From positions 62,001-126,000 of the forward strand of contig NW_027139401.1 in the NCBI RefSeq assembly GCF_035084215.1: 64,000 bases of DNA. The letters are read 5' to 3'. The notes beneath the pieces were generated by a model. The model was given only the letters and a program-made list of their open reading frames with translations, did no database searches and had not been told where the DNA came from. Positions 1 to 10,700 of the stretch are shown one piece after another. Position 1 is the first letter of the stretch. Every line of letters starts with the position of its first letter. The position numbers were made by a program, and so were the translations under genes. Source of the DNA: Heptranchias perlo. Lineage: Eukaryota.

Positions 1-340
1 TGGGTTAGACCACACTTGGAGCACTGTGCACAGTTCTGGTCTCCACATACCTGGGTTAGGCCACGCTTGGAGCACTGTGCACAGTTCTGGTCTCCATATA
101 CCTGGGTTACACCACACTTGGAGCACTGTGCACAGTTCTGGTCTCCATATACCTTGGTTAGTCCACACTTGGAGCACTGTGCACAGTTCTGATCTCTATA
201 TACCTGGGTTAGACCACACTTGGAGCACTGTGCACAGTTCTGGTCTCCACATACCTGGGTTAGGCCACGCTTGGAGCACTGTGCACAGTTCTGGTCTCCA
301 TATACCTCGATTAGGCCACACTTCGAACACTGTGCACAGT
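1..340 (+). repeat. 51-bp tandem repeat derived from the CR1 ORF2 C-terminal segment (VRPHLEHCAQFWSP), about 6.5 copies, truncated by the window start
   Basis: Unit tgggttagaccacacttggagcactgtgcacagttctggtctccacatacc. Confidence 0.85.
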
Positions 341-1275
341 GGCTGGAGTCATACCTAGCACAAAGGAAGATGGTAGTGGTTGTTGGAGGCCAATCATCTC
401 AGCCCCAGGGCATTGCTGCAGGAGTTCCTCAGGGCAGTGTCCGAGGCCCAACCATCTTCAGCTGCTTCATCAATGACCTTCCCTCCATCATAAGGTCATA
501 AGGTCAGAAATGGGGATGTTCGCTGATGATTGCACAGTGTTCAGTTCCATTCGCAACCCCTCAGATAATGAAGCAGTCCGTGCCCGCATGCAGCAAGAAC
601 TGGACAACATCCAGGCTTGGGCTCATAAGTGGCAAGTAACATTCGTGCCAGATAAGTGCCAGGCAAAGACCATCTCCAACAATAGAGAATCTAACCACCT
701 CCCCATGACATTCAACGGCATTACCATCGCCGAATCCCCCACCATCAACATCCTGAGGGTCACCATTGACCAGAAACTTAACTGGACTAGCCACATAAAC
801 GCTCAAGAAGTTCGACACCATCCAAGATAAAGCAGCCCGCTTGATTGGCACCCCATCCACCACCCTAAACATTCGCTCCCTTCACCACCGGCGCACTGTG
901 TCTGCAGTGTGTACCATCCACAGGATGCACTGCAGCAACTCGCCAAGGCTTCTTCGACAGCACCTCCCAAACCCGCGACCTCTACCACCTAGAAGGACAA
1001 GGGCAGCAGGTACATGGGAACAACACCACCTGCACGTTCCCCTCCAAGTCACACACCATCCCGACTTGGAAATATATCGGCCGTTCCTTCATCGTCGCTG
1101 GGTCAAAATCCTGGAACTCCCTTCCTAACAGCACTGTGGGAGAACCTTCACCACACGGACTGCAGCGGTTCAAGAAGGCGGCTCACCACCACCTTCTCAA
1201 GGGGCAATTGGGGATGGGCAATAAATGCCGGCCTCGCCAGCGATGCCCACAACCCATCAACGAATAAAAAAAAAA
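341..1275 (+). mobile_element. 5'-truncated, decayed non-LTR retrotransposon (CR1/L2-group LINE), RT region to poly(A)
   Basis: GVPQGSV.GP.IFSCFINDL and MFADD RT motifs with frameshifts. Ends in aataaaaaaaaaa. Same family as 17893-19371. Confidence 0.85.
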
Positions 1276-1760
1276 TGGGTGGGGAGAGTCCATGATAGGG
1301 GAGAGTGTCCATGGGCTGTGGGGGGAGATTAAATGGGTGGGGAGAGTCCATGATAGGGGAGAGTGTCCATGGGCTGTGGGAGGAGATTAAACGGGTGGGG
1401 AGAGTCCATGATAGGGGAGAGTGTATATGGGCTGTGGGAGGAGATTAAATGGGTGGGGAGAGTCCATGATAGGGAAGAGTGTCCATGGGCTGTGGGAGGA
1501 GATTAAACGGGTGGGGAGAGTCCATGATAGGGGAGAGTGTATATGGGCTGTGGGAGGAGATTAAATGGGTGGGGAGAGTCCATGATAGGGGAGAGTGTAT
1601 ATGGGCTGTGGGAGGAGATTAAATGGGTGGGGAGAGTCCATGATAGGGGAGAGTGTCCATGGGCTGTGGGAGGAGATTAAACGGGTGGGGAGAGTCCATG
1701 ATAGGGGAGAGTGTCCATGGGCTGTGGGGGGAGATTAAATGGGTGGGGAGAGTCCATGAT
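1273..1760. repeat. 58-bp G-rich minisatellite, about 8 copies
   Basis: Unit aaatgggtggggagagtccatgataggggagagtgtccatgggctgtgggaggagatt. Confidence 0.9.
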
Positions 1761-1954
1761 CCGATGACTTTGTCCAAGTTCCCCTCTCGGTCCTCAGACC
1801 CCTCACTATCATTCAGTACCAAGTGAGATTATTTTGTCTCGAGACTGGGGGGAGTATTGGATTGAAAACTGGGTAAAAGAGGTCGGTTTTAAGGAACCTG
1901 TTCGAGGAGGTGGAGCTGGCTCTGTACGGTCAGTAAACTTGGAGACATTACACT

Positions 1955-2955
1955 CGGTCCCTTCATCTCAGTCATTGATATAGATTGTAAATAGCTGAGG
2001 CCCAAGCACTGATCCTCACGGCACCCCACTAGTTACAGCCTGCCAACCTGAGAATGACCCGTTTATCCCCACTCTCTGTTTTCTGTCCATTAACCAATCC
2101 TCTATCCATGCTAAGATATCACCCCCAACCCCACGAGCCCTTATCTTGTGTAACAACCTTTTATGTGGCACCTTATCGAATGCCTTTTGAAAATCCAAAT
2201 CTTCTACATCCACTGGTTCCCCTTTATCGACCCTGCGAGTTACACCATCAATAAACTCTAATAAATTTGTCAAACACGATTTCCCTTTCATAAAACCATG
2301 TTGACTCTGCCCAATCATATTCTGATTTTCTAAGTGCCCTGTCACCACTTCCTCAATAATGGATCCCAGCAGTTTCCCGACGACTGATGTCAGGCTAACG
2401 GGCCTGTAGTTCCCTTGTTTTCTCTCTCCCTCCTTTCTTTAGCAGCGAGGTTATATTTGCTACCTTCCAATCCACTGGGACCGTTCTAGAATCGAGGGAA
2501 TTTTGGACGATCACAACCAATGCATCCACTATCTCCGCAGCCCCCTCGTTTAAAACCCTCGGATGTCGGCCATCAGGTCCAGGGCATTTATCGGCTTTTA
2601 GTCCCATTAGTTTCTCCAGTACTTTCTCTCTACTGATATTAATTACTTTAAATTCCGCCCTCTCATTAGCCCCTTGGTTCCCCACTATTTCTGGTATGTT
2701 TTTTTGTGTCTTCTGCTGTGAAGACAGATACAAAATATTGGTTTAACGTCTCTGCCATTTCCTGATTCCCCCGTTATAATTTCTCCTGTCTCAGCCTCTA
2801 AGGGACCCACGTTTACTTTCGCTGCTCTCTTCCTTTTTACAGACTTGGAGAAGTTTATACAATCCGTTTCTGTATTTCTTGCTCGTTTTCTCTCACATTA
2901 TATTTCCTCCCTGTTTATCAATTCTCCGGTCGTCCTTTGCTGGTTTCTAAACCCA
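1955..2955 (-). mobile_element. CR1 LINE fragment (reverse transcriptase region), decayed
   Basis: Minus-strand ORFs with PGPDG.HPRVL, QHGFMKGKSCLTNLLEF, DFQKAFDKVPHKRLL and VTSGVP. Confidence 0.9.
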
Positions 2956-3011
2956 AGTCCAGAGGTACAGAGTGATGAGATTCCACAAGGTGATAGAGAA
3001 GGGAAACTTAC

Positions 3012-3113
3012 TTTTCAATGCGCTGAGCGAGCTCAGTCACTGCAGCAAACAATTCCACAGAAACACTGCTGGCAGGAGGACAAGACGCGACCCGAGCAGA
3101 CAGGGTGCAAAGG
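3012..3113 (-). other. Orphan 102-nt candidate exon on the minus strand
   Basis: Unique sequence between a CR1 and the 63-bp array. Minus-strand acceptor ctgattttgtttccttctcag and donor AA|gtaagt. Phase-1 reading xFAPCLLGSRLVLLPAVFLWNCLLQ*. The phase-2 reading is open throughout. Confidence 0.45.
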
Positions 3114-3164
3114 CTGAGAAGGAAACAAAATCAGTTGCTCTGAAACGTCAGGGAAAATTAAAGG

Positions 3165-6100
3165 TCAGGGTTAGAAACAGAGTAAAGCTCCCTCCACACT
3201 GTCCCATCAAACACTCCCAGGGCAGGTACAGGGTGAGATACAGAGTAAAGCTCCCTCCACACTGTCCCATCAAACACTCCCAGGGCAGGTACAGGGTGAG
3301 ATACAGAGTAAAGCTCCATCTACACTGTCCCATCAAACACTCCCAGGGCAGGTACAGGGTCAGATACAGAGTAAAGCTCCCTCTACACTGTCCCATCAAA
3401 CACTCCCAGGGCAGGTACAGGGTCAGATACAGAGTAAAGCTCCCTCTACACTGTCCCATCAAACACTCCCAGGGCAGGTACAGGGTTAGATACAGAGTAA
3501 AGCTCCCTCCACACTGTCCCATCAAACACTCCCAGGGCAGGTACAGGGTTAGATACAGAGTAAAGCTCCCTCTACACTGTCCCATCAAACACTCCCAGGG
3601 CAGGTACAGGGTTAGATACAGAGTAAAGCTCCCTCTACACTGTCCCATCAAACACTCCCAGGGCAGGAACAGGGTAAGATACAGAGTAAAGCTCCCTCCA
3701 CACTGTCCCATCAAACACTCCCAGGGCAGGTACAGGGTTAGATACAGAGTAAAGCTCACTGTACGCTGTCCCATCAAACACTCCCAGGGCAGGTACAGGG
3801 TTAGATACAGAGTAAAACTCCCACTACACTGTCCCATCAAACACTCCCAGGACAGGTACAGGGTTAGATACAGAGTAAAGCTCCCTCCACACTGTCCCAT
3901 CAAACACTCCCAGGGCAGGTACAGGGTTAGATACAGAGTAAAGCTCCCCCTACACTGTCCCATCAAACACTCCCAGGGCAGGTACAGGGTTAGATACAGA
4001 GTGAAGCTCCCTCTACACTGACCCATCAAACACTCCCAGGGCAGGTCCAGGGTGAGATACAGAGTAAAGTTCCCCCTACACTGTCCCATCAAACACTCCC
4101 AGGGCAGGTACAGGGTTAGATACAGAGTGAAGCTCCCTCTCCACTGTCCCGTCAAACACTCCCAGGGCAGGTACAGGGTTAGATACAGAGTAAAGCTCCC
4201 TCGACACTGACCCATCAAACTCTCCCAGGGCAGATACAGGGTTAGATACAGAGTGAAGCTCCCTCTACACTGTCCCATCAAACACTCACAGGGGCAGGTA
4301 CAGGGTTAGATACAGAGTAAAGCTCCCTCTACACTGACCCATCAAACTCTCCCAGGGCAGATACAGGGTTAGATACAGAGTGAAGCTCCCTCTACACTGT
4401 CCCATCAAACACTCACAGGGGCAGGTACAGGGTTAGATACAGAGTAAAGCTCCCTTCACACTGTCCCATCAAACACTCCAAGGGCAGGTACAGGGTTAGA
4501 AACAGAGTAAAGCTCCCTCCACACTGTCCCATCAAACACTCCCAGGGCAGGTACAGGGTTAGATACAGATTAAAGCTCCATCTACACTGTCCCATCAAAC
4601 ACTCCCAGGGCAGGTACAGGGTTAGATACAGAGGAAAGCTCCCTCTACACTGTCCCATCAAACACTCCCAGGGCAGGTACAGGGTTAGATACAGAGTAAA
4701 GCTCACTCTACACTGTCCCATCAAACACTCCCAGGGCAGGTACAGGGTTAGATACAGAGTAAAGCTCCCTCTACACCACCACATCAAACACTCCCAGGGC
4801 AGGTACAGGGTTAGATACAGAGTAAAGCTCCCTCTACACTGTCCCATCAAACACTCCCAGGGCAGGTACAGGGTTAGATACAGAGTAAAGCTCCCTCTGC
4901 ACTGTCCCATCAAACTCTCCCAGGGCAGATACAGGGTTAGATACAGAGTGAAGCTCCCTCTACACTGTCCCATCAAACACTCCCAGGGCAAGTACAGGGT
5001 TAGATACAGAGTAAAGCTCCCTCTACACTGTCCCATCAAACACTCCCAGGGGCAGGTACAGGGTTAGATGCAGAGTAAAGCTCCCTCTACACTGTCCCGT
5101 CAAACACTCCCAGGGCAGGTACAGCGTTAGATACAGAGTAAAGCTCCCTTTACACTGTCCCATAAAACACTCCCAGGGCAGGTACAGGGTTAGATACAGA
5201 GTAAAGCTCCCATACACTGTCCCATCAAACACTCCAAGGGCAGGTACAGGGTTAGAAACAGAGTAAAGCTCCCTCCACACTGTCCCATCAAACACTCCCA
5301 GGGCAGGTACAGGGTTAGATACAGAGTAAAGCTCCCTCTACACTGTCCCATCAAACACGCCCAGGGCAGGTACAGGGTTAGATACAGATTAAAGCTCCAT
5401 CTACACTGTCCCATCAAACACTCCCAGGGCAGGTACAGGGTTAGGTACAGAGTAAAGCTCCCTCTACACTGTCCCATCAAACACTCCCAGGGCAGGTACA
5501 GTGTTAGATACAGAGTAAAGCTCACTCTACACTGTTCCGTCAAACACTCCCAGGGCAGGTACAGGGTTAGATACAGAGTCAAGCTCCCTCTGCACTGTCC
5601 CATCAAAAACTCTCAGGGCAGATACAGGGTTAGATACAGAGTAAAGCTCCCTCTGCACTGTCCCATCAAACACTCCCAGGGCAGGTACAGGGTTAGATAC
5701 AGAGTAAAGCTCCCTCTACACTGTCCCATCAAACACTCCCAGGGCAGGTACAGGGTGAGATACAGAGTAAAGCTCCCTCTACACTGTCCCATCAAACACT
5801 CCCAGGGCAGGTACAGGGTTAGATGCAGAGTAAAGCTCCCTCCACACTGTCCCATCAAACACTCCCAGGGCAGGTACAGGGTTAGATACAGAGTAAAGCT
5901 CCCTCTACACTGTCCCATCAAACACTCCCAGGGCAGGTGCAGGGTTAGATACAGAGTAAAGCTCCCTCTGCACTGTCCCATCAAACACTCCCAGGGCAGG
6001 TACAGGGTTAGATACAGAGTAAAGCTCCCCCTGCACTGTCCCATCAAACACTCCCAGGGCAGGTACATTGTTAGATACAGAGTGAAGCTCCCTCTACACT

Positions 6101-6730
6101 GACCCATCAAACACTCCCAGGGCAGGTACAGGGTTAGATACAGAGTAAAGCTCCCTCTACACTGTCCCATCAAACACTCCCAGGGTCAGGTACAGGGTTA
6201 GATACAGAGTGAAGCTCCCTCTCCACTGTCCCGTCAAACACTCCCAGGGCAGGTACAGGGTTAGATACAGAGTGAAGCTCCCTCTACACTGTCCCATCAA
6301 ACACTCCCAGGGCAAGTACAGGGTTAGATACAGAGTAAAGCTCCCTCTACACTGTCCCATCAAACACTCCCAAGGCCAGCTGCAGGCTTAGATACAGAGT
6401 AAAGCTCCCTCTGCACTGTCCCATCAAACACTCCCAGGGGCAGGTACAGGGTTAGATAGAGAGTAAAGCTCCCTCTACACTGTCCCATCAAACACTCCCA
6501 GGGCAGGTACAGGGTTAGATACAGAGTAAAGCTCCCTTTACACTGTCCCATCAAACACTCCCAGGATAGGTACCGGGTTAGATATAGAGTAAAGCTCCCT
6601 CTACACTGTCCCATCAAACACTCCCAGGGCAGGTACAGGGTTAGATACAGAGTAAAGATCCCTCTACACTGTCCCATCAAACACTCCCAGGGCAGGTACA
6701 GGGTCAGATACAGAGTAAAGCTCCCTCCAG
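3165..6730 (+). repeat. 63-bp minisatellite array (about 56 units) upstream of gene 1, inverted relative to the intronic arrays
   Basis: Unit ctgtcccatcaaacactcccagggcaggtacagggttagatacagagtaaagctccctctaca. Confidence 0.95.
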
Positions 6731-6849
6731 ACTGTGCCCTCTGACAGTGCACCACATACATTTGATGGGACAGTGTCGAGTGAGTTTTACTCTGTATCTA
6801 ACCTGTGCTGTACATGCCCTGGGAGTTGAGAGACAGACAGAGATTCCCA

Positions 6850-7598
6850 TTCCCCCTTTTGCCATTCCCCCCATTGCCCCTGTGCCCCCTCTCTCTGAAA
6901 GATCTCTCCCCTCAGTCCCATTCCCCCATTCCCCATTCACCCCATCACCCCCTGTGCCCCTCTCTCTCTGAAAGATCTCTCCCCTCAGTCCCATTCCCCC
7001 TTTCCCCATTCACCCCATCGCCCCCAGTGCCCCTCTCTCTCTGAAAGATCTCTCCCCTCAGTCCCATTCCCCCTTTCCCCATTCACCCCATCACCCCCTG
7101 TGCTCCTCTCTCTCTGAAAGATCTCTCCCCTCAGTCCCATTCCCCCTTTCCCCATTCACCCCATCACCCCCTGTACCCCCCTCTCTCTCTGAAAGATCTC
7201 TCCCCTCAGTCCCATTCCCCCTTTCCCCATTCACCCCATCACCCCCTGTGCTCCTCTCTCTCTGAAAGATCTCTCCCCTCAGTCCCATTCCCCCTTTCCC
7301 CATTCACCCCATCACCCCCTGTACCCCCCTCTCTCTCTGAAAGATCTCTCCCCTCAGTCCCATTCCCCCTTTCCCCATTCACCCCATCACCTCCTGTGCC
7401 CCTCTCTCTGAAAGATCTCTCCGCTCAGTCCCATTCCCCCTTTCCCCATTCACCCCATCACCCCCTGTTCTCCTCTCTCTCTGAAAGATCTCTCCCCTCA
7501 GTCCCATTCCCCCTTTCCCCAATCACCCCATCACCTCCTGTGCCCCTCTCTCTTTGAAAGATCTCTCCCCTCAGTCCCATTCCCTCTGCTCCCCCCAC
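6850..7598. repeat. About 73-bp polypyrimidine minisatellite directly upstream of the gene 1 promoter (paralogs 21210-21990, 41323-41840, 56835-57352)
   Basis: Unit gaaagatctctcccctcagtcccattccccctttccccattcaccccatcaccccctgtgcccctctctctct. Confidence 0.9.
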
Positions 7599-7641
7599 TG
7601 TTTCTGATGCTCCCTCTCTGTGTGATGGAGATTACCCGACC

Positions 7642-7695
7642 AGATAGCAGTCTGTAGCACGAGTTACCTCAATTTGTGACAATAACCACTTCCTG
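7642..7695 (+). promoter_or_regulatory. Putative proximal promoter of gene 1: GATA site plus overlapping RUNX-like/ETS site
   Basis: AGATAG at 7642-7647. AACCACTTCCTG at 7684-7695 contains a perfect ETS core (CAGGAAGT on the minus strand) about 55 nt upstream of the ATG. The ETS core is conserved at 22079-22086, 41930-41937 and 57442-57449. Confidence 0.45.
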
Positions 7696-7748
7696 ATCCT
7701 CTGCTTCACCTCTTCGAGAGTCCCCGATGCTCTGAATAAAACCCAGAG

Positions 7749-10700
7749 ATGTGGCAGTTGTGTGCGGGACGGGTCTGGAGCCTTGTCTGTGTGTTCCTGT
7801 TTGCCATCTGTGTGGGTAAGAGATATTTTTTTAATCGATTGTGTGTGAAGAGCAGCGAGAAGTGTGAGAACATCCTAAACGTTTCCAGTGTGTGCGAAGG
7901 CCATTCGGCCCATTGTAGTCGGTCCCTGGGTCTCTACTAGGCCAAACATCGCAACAATTCCGTATCTCTCTCTCTCCCTCGCTGTCTCAGCCTCTCTATC
8001 TTCTATTTGTCTGTCTCTCTCTGTCGTTCTTTCTCTATGTGTGTCTGTGTCTTTCTGTCTCCCTCTCCCTCGCTCAGTGTCACTGTCGTGTCTGTATCTC
8101 TCCCTTCCTCTCTCTGTCTCTCGCTCTCTCTGTCTGTCTCTCTCACTCTCTCCCACCCTCTCTCGCACCCTCCAACTCTCTCCCTCCCTCTCCCTCTGTC
8201 TCACTCTCTCCCTCCCTCTCTCTCGCTCTCTTTTTCCCTCCCTCTCTCTCATNNNNNNNNNNNNNNNNNNNNNNNNNNNNNNNNNNNNNNNNNNNNNNNN
8301 NNNNNNNNNNNNNNNNNNNNNNNNNNNNNNNNNNNNNNNNNNNNNNNNNNNNNNNNNNNNNNNNNNNNNNNNNNNNNNNNNCTATCGAACTCCCTCTTTA
8401 CCCGTAGCCCTGCACCATTCTCTGATTAAAATATTTTTCGATTTGCCCTTTACAATAAACAACCTTCTCTTCCTGAACCATTTCCTGCCAGCACTCGCTG
8501 TATCTCACAATCTGTGAACTGCATCAGCAAATATCTCCCATTACAGAGAGAGCTCCTCACACCCTGGCTGAACATTTCCAATCTCTCACTGCACCTCGTG
8601 CGGTTTCATTTGTTCCAAAATCTTTTTCAGTTCTTTGTTTCTACAAATGTGTGAGGGCAAAGGAGAGACAAGTGTCCACCAGATAAAAACATACACTGTA
8701 TCTAAACTGTGCTGTACCTGCCCTGGGAGTGTTTGACGGGACAGTGTAGAGGGAGCTTTACTCTGTATCTAACCCTGTACCTGCCCTGGGAGTGTTTGAC
8801 GGGACAGTGTAGAGGGAGCTTTACTCTGTATCGAACCCTGTACCTGCCCTGGGAGTGTTTGACGGGACAGTGTAGAGGGAGCTTTACTCTGTATCTAACC
8901 CTGTACCTGCCCTGGGAGTGTTTGATGGGACAGTGTAGAGGGAGCTTTACTCTGTATCTAACCCTGTACCTGCCCTGGGAGTGTTTGACGGGACAGTGTA
9001 GAGGGAGCTTTACTCTGTATCTAACCCTGTACCTGACCCTGGGAGTGTTTGATGGGACAGTGTAGAGGGAGCTTTACTCTGTATCTAACCCTGACCCTGC
9101 CCTGGGAGTGTTTGACAGGACAGTGTAGAGGGAGCTTTACTCTGTATCTAACCCTGTACCTGCCCTGGGAGTGTTTGATGGGACAGTGTAGAGGGAGCTT
9201 TACTCTGTATCTAACCCTGTACCTGCCCTGGGAGTGTTTGATGGGACAGTGTAGAGGGAGCTTCACTCTGTATCTAACCCTGTACCTGCCCTGGGAGTGT
9301 TTGATGAGACAGTGTGGAGGGAGCTTTACTCTCACTCCTCAACAAATTATCTGCCCCATTTCCCTGTGTCCCAACGCTTCAAAAGTATTTATTGCCTTTC
9401 AGTCACTTTGAGACCCTGCGGAGATGTGGCACTGGGTTATCTATCTCTCCAATTCGTTCCTCAATCACTGAGCTTGTCCTGTTCCACAAACACTCACTGT
9501 CTCCTCCTGTTAACTCAGGTGAAATTCAGACTCTCCGTCCCCCTGTGAATGGAACCCTGGGTCAGTCGATTGTCTTACCTGTTGGGATCCCACCCACACC
9601 GGAGGATGTTGAGGTTGTTTGGAAACGCAAAGAACCCGACGCCAGAATAGCGAGATACATGAACGGGAATGTGAAAACGTTCGGCACTGAGGAGTACACA
9701 CGACGGATAAAGTTTCATCCAGAGAATTACAGTCTGCAAATCAGTGGCTTACAGAGAGAGGACAGTGGTGTGTATGAGGTGATTGTAACAGGAGAGTTAG
9801 GACGTGAAACTTCGGAGCTGGTTCGACTGGACGTGTACGGTGAGTGAGATTGTATCTGCTGATTCTGGGCTTCACCCATTACTGAAAGACCTTAATTAAT
9901 GGGTTGGGACAGATATTGTACATTACCAAGTTTATTGAATCGCTCCTGATTGTCGGTGCCCATACTGGGGTCACTGATCTCAGGGGTGTGGGAGTGAGGC
10001 AGCCTGAGTCTGGGGGTACACGCAGTACATTGCTGGATTTACTCAATCCCAGTGTAAACCCTGTTCCCATCGGAGGGATGGAGAGGGGAGATGAAACAGG
10101 TTCCCCACAATCTCAGACTCACTGTGAAATACCTCACTCAATCCCAGTGTGAACCCTGTTCCCATCGGAGGGATGGAGAGGGGAGATGAAACAGGTTCCC
10201 CACAATCTCAGACTCACTGTGAAATACCAGAATACAGTTCTGTGCCTTTCACCATCTTGTCCTGTTTGCTGTTCATTCACCTGCCTCGTGGAAATAAATC
10301 AGTTGTCGGTCTAAATCCCGAGTCTCCAGACATTCGGAGAATCTGGGAATCTTTTAACGAGAAGGATTGACAGGACAGCCCACAAAACGTTCCAGTAACC
10401 AGGGTACAGAGTCATTATTCCCGATCATAATCCCAGGGTCTCCCTCTTATTTAACGCGATCTAGGCCAGAACGAGAGGGCGCACTCCAGATCTTAAGGGA
10501 CACAGGCTCAGCTTACAGGAGTGAGTGATGACACGGAACCAGTGAGAATTCCCGGGATACAAACCCAAAAACGGTGAATTTGAGCGAAGGAGTGTGCGAT
10601 GCATGTGTGTGACTCTCCTCCATTTTGATCCGCGTGAAACCAGCGGGGCAGCGACACAGTTAAAATGGCGGATGGAAGACTGAGACGGGATCTGCTTGAA

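Noticed and set aside
3165-6730. CRISPR-like appearance of the regular arrays
   Set aside because: The units are contiguous with no unique spacers, there are no cas genes, and the context is eukaryotic.
2972-6761. Long ORFs such as MGQCRGSFTLYLTLYLPWECL and RYRVRYRVKLPLHCPIKHSQG repeats (also in all other 63-bp arrays)
   Set aside because: They are translations of a 63-bp minisatellite whose unit length is a multiple of 3. They are open on both strands and are broken by 64-bp variants.
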